Part shown: positions 21,488-30,133 of the stretch, in pieces | Numbering within the stretch: the first letter of the stretch is position 1 | Layout: each line of letters opens with the position of its first letter | DNA from: an uncultured virus (IMG/VR IMGVR_UViG_3300025921_000010) | Taxonomy: Duplodnaviria > Heunggongvirae > Uroviricota > Caudoviricetes > Crassvirales | DNA length: 64,000 nucleotides | Strand: one strand, 5' to 3' | Virus record (IMG/VR): IMGVR_UViG_3300025921_000010 | Position numbers and translations under genes: made by a program | The notes under the pieces: generated by a model | The model's input: only the letters and a program-made list of their open reading frames with translations | The model's database searches: none | What the model was told of the DNA's origin: nothing

Positions 21488-21832
21488 ATGAAAATCTATC
21501 TCGCAATCCCTTACAGCTTTAATCCTGCTTACTCTTTCAGGATAGCCAATAAAGTGGCTGCAAAATTAATGAGTGAAGGCAATGTGGTATTTAGTCCAAT
21601 AAGTCACTCACATAATATCGCTGACCACTTACCTGATAACCTACGGACTGATTCTAAATGGTGGATGGAGCAAGACCTTCCCATGATAGATTGGTGTGAT
21701 GAAGTACATGCAGTGTGCATCGGAGAGAACGGATCGGAATTAATTGCTGAATCCAAAGGAGTGGTAGAGGAAATTGAGTACGCCAATAAATTGCGTAAAC
21801 CTGTTAAAATTATAGATTATTATGGAATTTAA
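21488..21832 (+). CDS. DUF1937 / nucleoside 2-deoxyribosyltransferase-like protein
   Basis: IYLAIPYS, VFSPISHSH, SKGVVEEIEYA. Confidence 0.8.
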   Translation: MKIYLAIPYSFNPAYSFRIANKVAAKLMSEGNVVFSPISHSHNIADHLPDNLRTDSKWWMEQDLPMIDWCDEVHAVCIGENGSELIAESKGVVEEIEYANKLRKPVKIIDYYGI

Positions 21833-22190
21833 AGCACATTTTGAAAAGATAAACACTATGCCAGAATTAAAAGGACTTCGATACAATAAAGGTAAATTAA
21901 GGTGGTCTCTCGTAGATTATAAAGCATTGGAGCCAATGATAAGAGTACTAATGTACGGCGCAGAAAAATACACAACACAAGAAGCCAGCGGAGATCATAA
22001 CTGGAAGAAAGGACTTGATAAGATTGAAATTTTAGAATGCTTACAGCGCCATCTGGCTGCTTTAATGGACGGCGAACTTTACGACAAAGAAAGTGGATTA
22101 CCGCATATAGGGCACATCATGTGTAACGCGATGTTTTATTCATATTTTATGGAAGATGAAAAAGTACCTCATCATATACCTCTCCAATAA
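21822..22190 (+). CDS. dATP/dGTP diphosphohydrolase domain protein (DUF5664-like)
   Basis: GKLRWSL, YGAEKY, NWKKG, ESGLPHIGH. Confidence 0.85.
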   Translation: MEFKAHFEKINTMPELKGLRYNKGKLRWSLVDYKALEPMIRVLMYGAEKYTTQEASGDHNWKKGLDKIEILECLQRHLAALMDGELYDKESGLPHIGHIMCNAMFYSYFMEDEKVPHHIPLQ

Positions 22191-22455
22191 GAAAAAATTA
22201 CAGGTTGAAATAATTGAAAGAGATGAGCGAAAAGTTCTGACAAGATTTTACGAATCTTATTCGGGGTTTATTTTAGAGTTGAGATATTATTTTGGGTGAC
22301 TCATTTTCCTATTATTTCAATATTGTATTTAGACTTCATCCACGCTTCTTTTACCTTATTCTTGCTGTACCTTCTCATTGTTTCCCAGTGGCCGCCAATG
22401 GTGAGATAAATTCCTAAATCAACAAGGAATAAAAGAATGTTAATAATGATTAATT

Positions 22456-22878
22456 TTAGTTTTCGCATTTAATATTTTTTTCAACTTCTTGTAAAACTTG
22501 TTTATAATTAATGCAAGTGAACCGTAAAACTTTCCATCCTAAGCTAATTGCCAGGTTTATTTTATCCGTGTCCTTAGTAAAGCCTAAAAGGGTTGTATGG
22601 CCCGACTTCTCACTGTTCAATCCATCATATTCTATTGCTATTTTAAATTCAGGCAAAGCAAAATCTGCCCTGTATCGCCTTCCTTTTGCGAATTTGAACT
22701 CTTTTTCAAGTCTTATTCCTTTTTCAATGCACCAATACTTTAATTGCCAATGAATCCAGGAAACTTCTTTACAATCATTGCGTGCTTTTTTCACTTTCTT
22801 TTTTACCGGTTCAACGAAAAGGTGCTGATTCCGTGAAAAACAGGCTGATTTTTTAATATCGTCAATGGAGAAATTCAC
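22456..22878 (-). CDS. DUF559/Vsr-like PD-(D/E)xK endonuclease
   Basis: RYRADFAL, IAIEYDG, LGWKVLRFT. Confidence 0.8.
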   Translation of the reverse strand: MNFSIDDIKKSACFSRNQHLFVEPVKKKVKKARNDCKEVSWIHWQLKYWCIEKGIRLEKEFKFAKGRRYRADFALPEFKIAIEYDGLNSEKSGHTTLLGFTKDTDKINLAISLGWKVLRFTCINYKQVLQEVEKNIKCEN

Positions 22879-23190
22879 GGGTTACTTTTCCGGCGTTTCG
22901 GATAAGTGATTAATTAAACCGTTTATTTGGTCAGCATTTTGCCTAAATACTTCCAACTTCTTTTGATGTAATTGTAAGTCAGTTATTAAAGCGGAAAGTA
23001 ATTCAGGGGTTACAATAAATCTGGATTCATTAAAATTTGTTTCCGAAATAAAATCACTCTTACCGAGTTTATATTTTTTCCCGTCCAAAGAAGATTGGAG
23101 TTGAAATGTTTTTTCATTTTCTTTTTGGGTAAAGTAAGGGTTTGATCTTACAGAAATAACTTGCTTCATTTTGTTTTTATTTATGAGTGA

Positions 23191-23997
23191 TTAAACTTCT
23201 TTTTTCTGTGGTTGTGAATCCTTAAATTCTTGATAAAGGCCTACCGTTGTAAAATGCCCTTTCCCTGGAACATACCATTTTCTAAATTTTGCATGGTATC
23301 TAAACCAGCTATCTTTATTCATGTAGCCACTAATCCATTCCGCAAAAGCAATAGCATCACTAACACCTACATTATCTTTCCTTTCATACATCAGTTCTTT
23401 TATACGTTCAGTATATTTAATAATTGCTTCTTCATTTTCCCAAAGCATATACCCAGACGGTTTTTTATTCAATGATTCTTTTGTCTCTTTGGATGCAATT
23501 AATCTATAGGTAGGTAACATTGCTTTTTCTATTGTCGTAAAAGGGATATGCAATGACACTATAAGATTTTTGAATAATTTTATCGGGATGCTATTTGTAT
23601 AGCATTCGTCATTTATTAATTGAATTAATGAGCCTTGTAACCCCAATTCTTTATCAATAGTTTCAGGATTTAATTCGTGTAACTCAATAGCTTGTTTTAG
23701 AATTTGACCAACAGTTATAACTGCGTCTTTCCTTTCATTTACGATAGAGGCGTATTCACATGAACATTCCAAATCAATTTTTTTGCATTTATTACAAAAT
23801 TTATTACCATACTCATCAGTAGAATAACCATTTTCTGCACTTACATCACTTACTTTGTTTTGAAGGGCGGCTTTATTCAATAAATGATTTATGCCGTTTA
23901 CAATACTTCCTTTGATGCTGTCTCTTGTATTGCCCGGGATAGATTTTATAATCTTATCTGCTAATTTGTCAATTTCTTGTTCTGTTATTTTACTCAT
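23191..23997 (-). CDS. mosaic hypothetical protein
   Basis: 268 aa; CxxC motif; internal 13-bp direct repeat. Confidence 0.6.
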   Translation of the reverse strand: MSKITEQEIDKLADKIIKSIPGNTRDSIKGSIVNGINHLLNKAALQNKVSDVSAENGYSTDEYGNKFCNKCKKIDLECSCEYASIVNERKDAVITVGQILKQAIELHELNPETIDKELGLQGSLIQLINDECYTNSIPIKLFKNLIVSLHIPFTTIEKAMLPTYRLIASKETKESLNKKPSGYMLWENEEAIIKYTERIKELMYERKDNVGVSDAIAFAEWISGYMNKDSWFRYHAKFRKWYVPGKGHFTTVGLYQEFKDSQPQKKEV

Positions 23998-24008
23998 TGG
24001 TTTTTATT

Positions 24009-24996
24009 TTAAGGGTTTTTATAATTTAAATTTTCATTCCACAGGTAATATTTTTTCATCCCTAAATAACTTCCATTTTTAAATTGTGGAATTTCTTTTT
24101 TACAAATTAACCCACGAGAGGCAAACCAAAAACAGATAGTAAATTCATCATTCTTTTCATCCGTTGGCGCAAACCATTCGTCTTGCGGAAAAGTTTCTAA
24201 TACCGATAAATAATGGTCGTTCGTTTCATGGTCTAAAAACCCGTGTCTTTGTAATATTGATTTTATCATTTTAAAGTTTTATTGGTTTAGTAATAAAATT
24301 TCTTTATCTATTCCAGGCGTGAAAAATGCCGGATAAAATCTTACCTTATATTTATCCGTTTGTTTATGGCCCGGCCATTTACCGCCCGTTTGCTCCATAA
24401 ATTTTTTAAGGATTTCTTTGCCGAGCTCCATTTGTTGTTCTTCAGGAACTTCTTTTGTTTTTCCCATTTTATATAGTGCGTAACATCTTGCTTTTATTGT
24501 TGACATATTTTTTAATTTAATTCAGGTTTAAAAATTTCTTCTTCGATTTCACATATTTTACTTTCTGCTATTAATCTTATTTCCCACTCTTTTTCTTCAA
24601 TAATTCTTTCGTTATTTTTCTTCAATAATTCTTTCATTCTATTTACACATAATTCCCTATGCTTTACGTTTTCTTCAAAACTTAAACATCTTTCGAAAGG
24701 AGGCAATATAAACTCCTCTTCATCCAACAGGTGGCCTCTTATGTATAATTCTAATCTCAAAAGGGTAGTGCTTCGGTGAATAATTTTATTTTACAGGGCC
24801 TTGCAAATTTTCTTAGTTGCTTGACACTTTTCTTACTACTTCCGTAGAGTAAAATTGATTTACTCCCATTATTATAAACCTCTTTTACTTCTTTTTCATT
24901 AAACCAAAACTTCCCAGAGTGCCAGAAAAGACCTTCTATATTCGTGAAGTAATACCCGTTTATTTCAACGGCCTTTAATCTAAATTTTCGGTTCAT
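24009..24996 (-). other. cluster of four small hypothetical CDSs (24009-24269, 24279-24506, 24512-24760, 24757-24996)
   Basis: tightly packed co-oriented ORFs. Confidence 0.6.
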
Positions 24997-25050
24997 TTTT
25001 AATTAGTTGTTTAGAAGTTAGACGGCAGCAATACAAACGTTGTAGGCAAC

Positions 25051-25626
25051 CTACGCAACGCTCTGTAATAGTTCAGGGTTTAAGAATCGGTTTCCAATTA
25101 TCTTTTTTGATTTTACTGCTGAACCGCCAAACTGAACAGAATAACAAGCGTGGCTCTTATCGTCAATTCTTTTTAAGTGGAAGCTGCTATCACATCCATA
25201 ATCGCATATTAGTCTGATGATTGGCTTCTGTTTATCTTCGCCGAACGGATTAAACCCATTTAAAGGGTGGTCTCTAATCATTTCTTCGTGATATTCAATT
25301 TCTACAATATCATCTTCATATAATTCAATGCCATTGTATTTTTGATTAGAGAATTGGCATTTTGCAACTATTGAATATCCTGTGAGCCTTTCACATTGTG
25401 TTTTACATTCGCCATTGAATATTTGCGAGTAATCAAACACGATTGAACACATTCTTCCTGTTTCTTCATGTTGGAAAATATATTTGAATTTAATTTCACG
25501 GCTCTGAAACAGGCTGCCTACAACATTCGTATTTGCGTTAGGCTGGCTGACCTGCTGATTTTGAGCAGTTGAATTGCTATCAGCTTCGGTTTCGGCTGAA
25601 AGTTCGTTGATGTTACTATTATTCAT
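25051..25626 (-). CDS. YopX-family protein with attC-encoded leader (cassette 1)
   Basis: REIKFK, ELYEDDIV, IIGNRFLNPELL. Confidence 0.8.
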   Translation of the reverse strand: MNNSNINELSAETEADSNSTAQNQQVSQPNANTNVVGSLFQSREIKFKYIFQHEETGRMCSIVFDYSQIFNGECKTQCERLTGYSIVAKCQFSNQKYNGIELYEDDIVEIEYHEEMIRDHPLNGFNPFGEDKQKPIIRLICDYGCDSSFHLKRIDDKSHACYSVQFGGSAVKSKKIIGNRFLNPELLQSVA

Positions 25627-25707
25627 ATTTTGAAGTTTTGTTTTTTAATTTAGCTGACGTTCGGGCGAAAAGTTCTTTTATCCAGCCCAAACGCAAATAC
25701 GTGGTCG
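25515..25707 (+). repeat. attC-like site 1 (long class)
   Basis: TGCCTACAAC ... CGTATTTGCGTT/AACGCAAATACG ... C-GTT. Confidence 0.85.
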
Positions 25708-25719
25708 TTAGCAGTAACC

Positions 25720-26031
25720 TTATGCGACAATGTACAAATCATCCATAGTTCGCAAACCTTCAGCACCATCGTATTCTTCAACTTGAAATGCCGTGCCAAT
25801 AGGTAGCCAATGAATTCGCAAATCAGAAGCACCCCCACAATAAACATCTTCAATTCCTAAATTTTCTTTTATCCAATCTTCATCAATTTGGTCAGCTTTT
25901 CCTTTCTCTACCATTTCGACAATTTTAGGGCTAAATAATAATTGCTCATTGCTATTCCAAGAATACCAACCTGCACCAAACCCGTGTGAGATAAGCACGG
26001 CAACTTTTCCATCTCTAATTACTTTTTCCAT
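25720..26031 (-). CDS. conserved phage hypothetical protein (cassette 2)
   Basis: GKVAVLISHGFGAGWYSW, EEYDGAE. Confidence 0.75.
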   Translation of the reverse strand: MEKVIRDGKVAVLISHGFGAGWYSWNSNEQLLFSPKIVEMVEKGKADQIDEDWIKENLGIEDVYCGGASDLRIHWLPIGTAFQVEEYDGAEGLRTMDDLYIVA

Positions 26032-26069
26032 TTTTATATTTGTTTTTTTTACGCTGACCGAAAAAAGGC

Positions 26070-26198
26070 TACTGCTAACATTGCATTGCCAAAATTGGGG
26101 CAGACGTGGTTAATTTAAACTTTTGTACTACTATTAAACTTCATTGCTAAATTGAACATTTGGTTTTCAAAATCCCCAACTTCGGCAATGCTTCAACG
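26070..26198 (+). repeat. attC-like site 2 (129 bp)
   Basis: TACTGCTAAC complements GTTAGCAGTA at 25707; arms GCATTGCCAAAATTGGGG / CCCCAACTTCGGCAATGC. Confidence 0.88.
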
Positions 26199-26210
26199 TT
26201 ATAGGGGCAT

Positions 26211-26432
26211 TTAAAGAGCCTGCGTAACCATATCGGATTTATTTTTAACTATTTCATACTTCCCGTTAAAGGGGTAGAAATTTTCACCTTTATCACCATA
26301 ACCTATAGCCTTCATTATCCCATCAGTTCCCATAATAAAATCTGCGGCATCACCACCAACCCATAGTTGAGACTGAAATCTTTTAGTTCCATCTTTTAAA
26401 GTTCCGATATGTAGTAATTTAATTTTGTTCAT
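26211..26432 (-). CDS. hypothetical protein (cassette 3)
   Basis: likely start MNKIKLL at 26432. Confidence 0.65.
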   Translation of the reverse strand: MNKIKLLHIGTLKDGTKRFQSQLWVGGDAADFIMGTDGIMKAIGYGDKGENFYPFNGKYEIVKNKSDMVTQAL

Positions 26433-26448
26433 CGTGTTGTAAATAAAC

Positions 26449-26577
26449 GCCCTATAACATTGCATTGCAGCAAGTGGGGCAGACGGAAGTTAATAATCTG
26501 TTGTTCGTTGTTCAGCTTTAGTTCTTGTGCTGGGCAGACGGAGCGCTGAATATCCCACCTGCTGCAATGCTTCAACG
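26449..26577 (+). repeat. attC-like site 3 (129 bp; interior identical to site 11)
   Basis: CCCTATAAC complements GTTATAGGG at 26198. Confidence 0.88.
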
Positions 26578-26587
26578 TTATCGGCGA

Positions 26588-26962
26588 TTAGACACGAGCT
26601 TCGTCATTAATCGGAGCCGCATCTTCATAAAAACCACCATTAAGAACGTGTATATATTGCGCTTCTGAAAGGCAATCAAAAGACAACCTTGCACCACCTT
26701 TTAAATGTATTTTAGATGTTTCAAAATTTATTAGTTCGATTTGAGAATATGAGCAGCCAGTATCAATTTCTGTTTCATAAAATATCTTTTTCCATTGATT
26801 TTTAGTTGGCCGGTATTTTCTACTTTTAGAAGGTTGTACCATCACAAAACCGCCGATAACATGCCGTTTTGCACAAGCAGGGCTGACGTGCGAATTATCA
26901 GCAGCAGAATCATTATTCGGCTTCTGTTCCGGCTTGACGTTCTCTATTTTGCTTAAAATCAT
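26588..26962 (-). CDS. hypothetical protein with attC-encoded leader (cassette 4)
   Basis: start codon lies inside site 4. Confidence 0.65.
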   Translation of the reverse strand: MILSKIENVKPEQKPNNDSAADNSHVSPACAKRHVIGGFVMVQPSKSRKYRPTKNQWKKIFYETEIDTGCSYSQIELINFETSKIHLKGGARLSFDCLSEAQYIHVLNGGFYEDAAPINDEARV

Positions 26963-27044
26963 AATCTCAACTATTTGTTTATTTACTGTACTTTAGTTCA
27001 GGCAGAAGTTTTTCAATTGCCCTGCCATCGGCAATACCTGGCCG
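26851..27044 (+). repeat. attC-like site 4 (long class, partly mismatched arms)
   Basis: CGCCGATAAC complements GTTATCGGCG at 26577. Confidence 0.82.
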
Positions 27045-27061
27045 TTATCGGAAAGGGGAAG

Positions 27062-27340
27062 CTATTCCGCAGCTTCATAAGTCTTTTCAAAAATATCTGG
27101 CTTGCAAGGGTAGAACTCACAGTTTATACCTTTGATAATCCAATCATTAACTTTACCTATCATTATCCCTTCAAGTGTTTTTATTTGAAGATATGCGCCA
27201 GTGGGATTATCTTCTGACGGTTCAAGAACAGGACTTTCTATTATTAAATCATTTGAGAACTGTTTTATCTCATGTCCGTTGTGACCTGTGTATTGAATAG
27301 CTTCAATAACAACTGGCTTTTTTTTGAATTTCTGTATCAT
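27062..27340 (-). CDS. conserved phage protein (cassette 5)
   Basis: KFKKKPVVIEAIQY...IKTLEG...EFYPCKPDIFEKTYE; likely start 27340. Confidence 0.8.
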   Translation of the reverse strand: MIQKFKKKPVVIEAIQYTGHNGHEIKQFSNDLIIESPVLEPSEDNPTGAYLQIKTLEGIMIGKVNDWIIKGINCEFYPCKPDIFEKTYEAAE

Positions 27341-27377
27341 ATTTTTTGTTTTTAAAGTTTCTAAAATTTTGCCGCCC

Positions 27378-27505
27378 TTCCGATAACAGCCCGTTTTGCG
27401 CAAGCAGGGCAGACCTGCTAAAATCAACTTCATCTCGCTATTTTGCTTTCGTGCTTTGCTGGGCAGAAGTACTTTTAATTCCTGCCGTGCGCAAAGCGGA
27501 AAACG
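27378..27505 (+). repeat. attC-like site 5 (128 bp)
   Basis: TTCCGATAAC complements GTTATCGGAA at 27044. Confidence 0.86.
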
Positions 27506-27512
27506 TTGCACG

Positions 27513-27959
27513 CTACCTATTCGATAGGGTTGACAAATATTCTTGCTCTGTTGCAGGGAGCCATCCAGAATATGAATAACTGCAATTTTGTAATGGTGAA
27601 ATATAACTATCAGCGCAAAAAATATGTGCTGAATCATCGCGCCATTCACCATTTCCAGCACTAAAATGCTTTTTCACTTTTAGGTAAACATCTGGCAATG
27701 GATTGTCGGCACCATCTACCATGTCTGTTTGCTTTACATACGCTGGCATATCTTCTACTTTCCTTTTTTCCCACCACCCCAGTTCTTTAAACAGATGTGG
27801 GAAGTCAGATATTTTCCAAACAATACCTTCGCTTTCATCTTCATCATTAACATACCTACACCAATCTCTATCCAAAATTGAACCTACTTCATAGTTTCTG
27901 TTATTAGGGAAAGCGGCAATTACTTCCCACCTTTTTTTTAATAATTCTTCGTTTGACAT
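27513..27959 (-). CDS. hypothetical protein (cassette 6)
   Basis: likely start MSNEELLKK at 27959. Confidence 0.7.
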   Translation of the reverse strand: MSNEELLKKRWEVIAAFPNNRNYEVGSILDRDWCRYVNDEDESEGIVWKISDFPHLFKELGWWEKRKVEDMPAYVKQTDMVDGADNPLPDVYLKVKKHFSAGNGEWRDDSAHIFCADSYISPLQNCSYSYSGWLPATEQEYLSTLSNR

Positions 27960-28002
27960 TTTGTGTTTATTTAAAAGTTTATAATTCAAAGTCTGAAATT
28001 GC

Positions 28003-28131
28003 AGCGTGCAACAATCGGTTTTCTGATACGGGGGCTGACGAATAAATTCTGAACATTTTTTCCTATATTCATCAGTAGTGCTTTCATCGGCTGACGTTCC
28101 CTGATTCCCCGCATCAGAAAGCCTCCGGACG
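28003..28131 (+). repeat. attC-like site 6 (129 bp)
   Basis: AGCGTGCAAC complements GTTGCACGCT at 27505. Confidence 0.88.
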
Positions 28132-28398
28132 TTAGGCGCCATTTGACGACCAGATAATGCCTGATACTTTCCATGCAGTTTTAGCACTCAACCGCCAACT
28201 GTATAACCATTGCCAAGCAGTAGGTTTATCAATCCCTTCATAGTAGTTGCTTGTACCCCATAACTTAAAAAAGCAGATTAAACGGCGTATAACAAGGGGT
28301 TTGGCAATACTTGGGCAGACGGAATAAACCTCATCATTTGTAGTGCTATTAGGCTTTTGTTCCGGCTTGACATTAACTATTGAGCTATGTGCTTTCAT
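28132..28398 (-). CDS. hypothetical protein with attC-encoded leader (cassette 7)
   Basis: stop TAA overlaps the GTTA core; start lies inside site 7. Confidence 0.6.
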   Translation of the reverse strand: MKAHSSIVNVKPEQKPNSTTNDEVYSVCPSIAKPLVIRRLICFFKLWGTSNYYEGIDKPTAWQWLYSWRLSAKTAWKVSGIIWSSNGA

Positions 28399-28477
28399 TC
28401 AACTTTGGTTTTTTAATTTTACATTTGTTACGGCCTGACGAGCCTTGATTTCCCAAGCATCGCCAAGCCCCGATACG
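28284..28477 (+). repeat. attC-like site 7 (long class)
   Basis: GGCGTATAAC vs GTTAGGCGCC at 28131 (8/10 complementary). Confidence 0.83.
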
Positions 28478-28484
28478 TTGCCCG

Positions 28485-28913
28485 CTATTCAGTGACAGAC
28501 AGCACACGTCCAAGCGATATAATGAATATTCGACAACCTTCGTAATCCTGGAAAGAGCCAAACCATTTAGGGTTGACATCGCACAAATCAGCAAGACGAA
28601 TGCCTTTACATTCAACATCCATCTTTGGAGCGCCTTTAGCATAACCATTTTTAAAACGGACAATATCAAAGTCCTTACAGGTTTGCGAATGCCAGTAACC
28701 CTTTTTTACAAATCTATCTTTCCAGTACATTTTATCCTGCCTGTACTCTTCTTTCTTTTCGCCAGATTTAATCATATCAAACCATTTCTTAGTCAGCGTA
28801 AGATGAAGAACAGCGGGCAACATGCCGTTTTGCACAAGGCTGGCAGAAGTGCAGGATTCAGCAGCAGTTCGTTTATCTGCTTTTGTTCCGGCTTTTAGTT
28901 CATTATTTTGCAT
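28485..28913 (-). CDS. ASCH/PUA-like domain protein (cassette 8)
   Basis: LHLTLTKKWFDMIKSGEKKEEYR, VRFKNGY. Confidence 0.82.
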   Translation of the reverse strand: MQNNELKAGTKADKRTAAESCTSASLVQNGMLPAVLHLTLTKKWFDMIKSGEKKEEYRQDKMYWKDRFVKKGYWHSQTCKDFDIVRFKNGYAKGAPKMDVECKGIRLADLCDVNPKWFGSFQDYEGCRIFIISLGRVLSVTE

Positions 28914-29006
28914 TAGAATATATTTTTAAAGTTTTTATTCGTTTACTGTGCAGACGTTCCGGCGAAACGTTCTTTTAATCCAGCCCTGCGCAAAGCGGGC
29001 TGACCG
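28812..29006 (+). repeat. attC-like site 8 (long class)
   Basis: AGCGGGCAAC complements GTTGCCCGCT at 28477. Confidence 0.85.
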
Positions 29007-29018
29007 TTATAGGAAATT

Positions 29019-29279
29019 TTATTTTTTCCCACGCTCGGCAATGTGGTTAATAGCCATTTTAGCAACTTCTTCCATTTTATCTTTTGCTTCTTTTTCGGTG
29101 TCCCAACCTGTAAAATTTTCATTTATATCAAATGATAGCATTAGTTTGTGAATATCTCCATCACGCAAAAGATACATTAGTGATGTCCATTTACTTGTTT
29201 CTTTGTGTTGAACTGCCGTTATCAAAATGTCTCCATTTGGGTAGTTACTTGCAATTTCTAAAGCTGTTATTAAGTTCAT
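29019..29279 (-). CDS. hypothetical protein (cassette 9)
   Basis: likely start MNLITALE at 29279. Confidence 0.65.
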   Translation of the reverse strand: MNLITALEIASNYPNGDILITAVQHKETSKWTSLMYLLRDGDIHKLMLSFDINENFTGWDTEKEAKDKMEEVAKMAINHIAERGKK

Positions 29280-29317
29280 ATTTTCGTTATTAAAGCCAAC
29301 CCACAAAAAATAAAACT

Positions 29318-29409
29318 ATCCTATAACAAGCGGTTGGCAATATGCCACAGGATAGTGCGTGTATTGAAATTTAGTCCGTTGAAGTGGCACATCGCCAACC
29401 GCCTCAACG
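29318..29409 (+). repeat. attC-like site 9 (92 bp)
   Basis: TCCTATAAC complements GTTATAGGA at 29006; arms GCGGTTGGCAATATGCCAC / GTGGCACATCGCCAACCGC. Confidence 0.88.
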
Positions 29410-29637
29410 TTATCGGAAATATTTAACCCTTTTATTTGAGCAATCTTCACTACAAACAGGGTCACAGTTTTCTAAATCTATTTGAGACAGTCCTGTATCT
29501 TTGCCACATACAACGCAGATTGCACTTCCGATAACAAGTGCATTGGCGGCTACTTGGGCAGGCGGAATAACATCAGCTTCCGGTACTTTAATCGGCTCCC
29601 GTTCGGGCTTACCTACTCCAATCAACTTTAGATTCAT
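29410..29637 (-). CDS. small Cys-rich (zinc-ribbon-like) protein, about half encoded by the attC (cassette 10)
   Basis: CVVC...CSEDC; stop lies in the core site. Confidence 0.6.
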   Translation of the reverse strand: MNLKLIGVGKPEREPIKVPEADVIPPAQVAANALVIGSAICVVCGKDTGLSQIDLENCDPVCSEDCSNKRVKYFR

Positions 29638-29719
29638 AATATTTAGTTTTTGTTTGTTTACTGTACTTTTGTTCCGGCGAAATGTTCTCTATTTCCCAAG
29701 CATCGCCAATGCCTGGACG
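29526..29719 (+). repeat. attC-like site 10 (long class)
   Basis: TTCCGATAAC complements GTTATCGGAA at 29409. Confidence 0.84.
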
Positions 29720-29731
29720 TAAGGCGCAAGG

Positions 29732-29980
29732 CTACGACACAACAAGTGCTGCGACCTTTTCTTTTAGTTTATTGTATTCTGACCGATAAATCTCTTTTGA
29801 CTTTTCATAAGCATTCAAAAGATGATTGTAAGTCGCAAACTTTATTTCATCTTCTAATGACATATCCGAGCCATCGTTACCTTCGTTTGTACAAGGATAT
29901 TTCGCATCAAAATATTCCCTGTAAACATCAAGTGTTGGAATGAGTGCTTGTGCTTCCAACTCAATAAAAATTTTACTCAT
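29732..29980 (-). CDS. hypothetical protein (cassette 11)
   Basis: 82 aa ORF between GTAAGGCGCA and TGCGCCTTAC. Confidence 0.68.
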   Translation of the reverse strand: MSKIFIELEAQALIPTLDVYREYFDAKYPCTNEGNDGSDMSLEDEIKFATYNHLLNAYEKSKEIYRSEYNKLKEKVAALVVS

Positions 29981-30004
29981 AATTTATTTTAATTTGCCCG
30001 ACCC

Positions 30005-30133
30005 TGCGCCTTACATTGCATTGCAGCAAGTGGGGCAGACGGAAGTTAATAATCTGTTGTTCGTTGTTCAGCTTTAGTTCTTGTGCTGGGCAGACGGAGC
30101 GCTGAATATCCCACCTGCTGCAATGCTTCAACG
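30005..30133 (+). repeat. attC-like site 11 (129 bp)
   Basis: TGCGCCTTAC complements GTAAGGCGCA at 29719; 30013-30137 is identical to 26457-26581. Confidence 0.88.

Noticed and set aside
279..22190. Stop-codon reassignment as in some crAss-like phages
   Set aside because: Long genes are intact under the standard code, and TAG and TGA are used as real stops in this window
21822..22190. 2-aminoadenine (Z) genome pathway
   Set aside because: No purZ or dedicated polymerase in the window; this domain alone is insufficient
27341..28669. ORF-track extensions 27062-27661 and 27513-28187, and ORF 28385-28669
   Set aside because: They cross whole attC sites and overlap neighbouring genes; shorter ATG starts fit better
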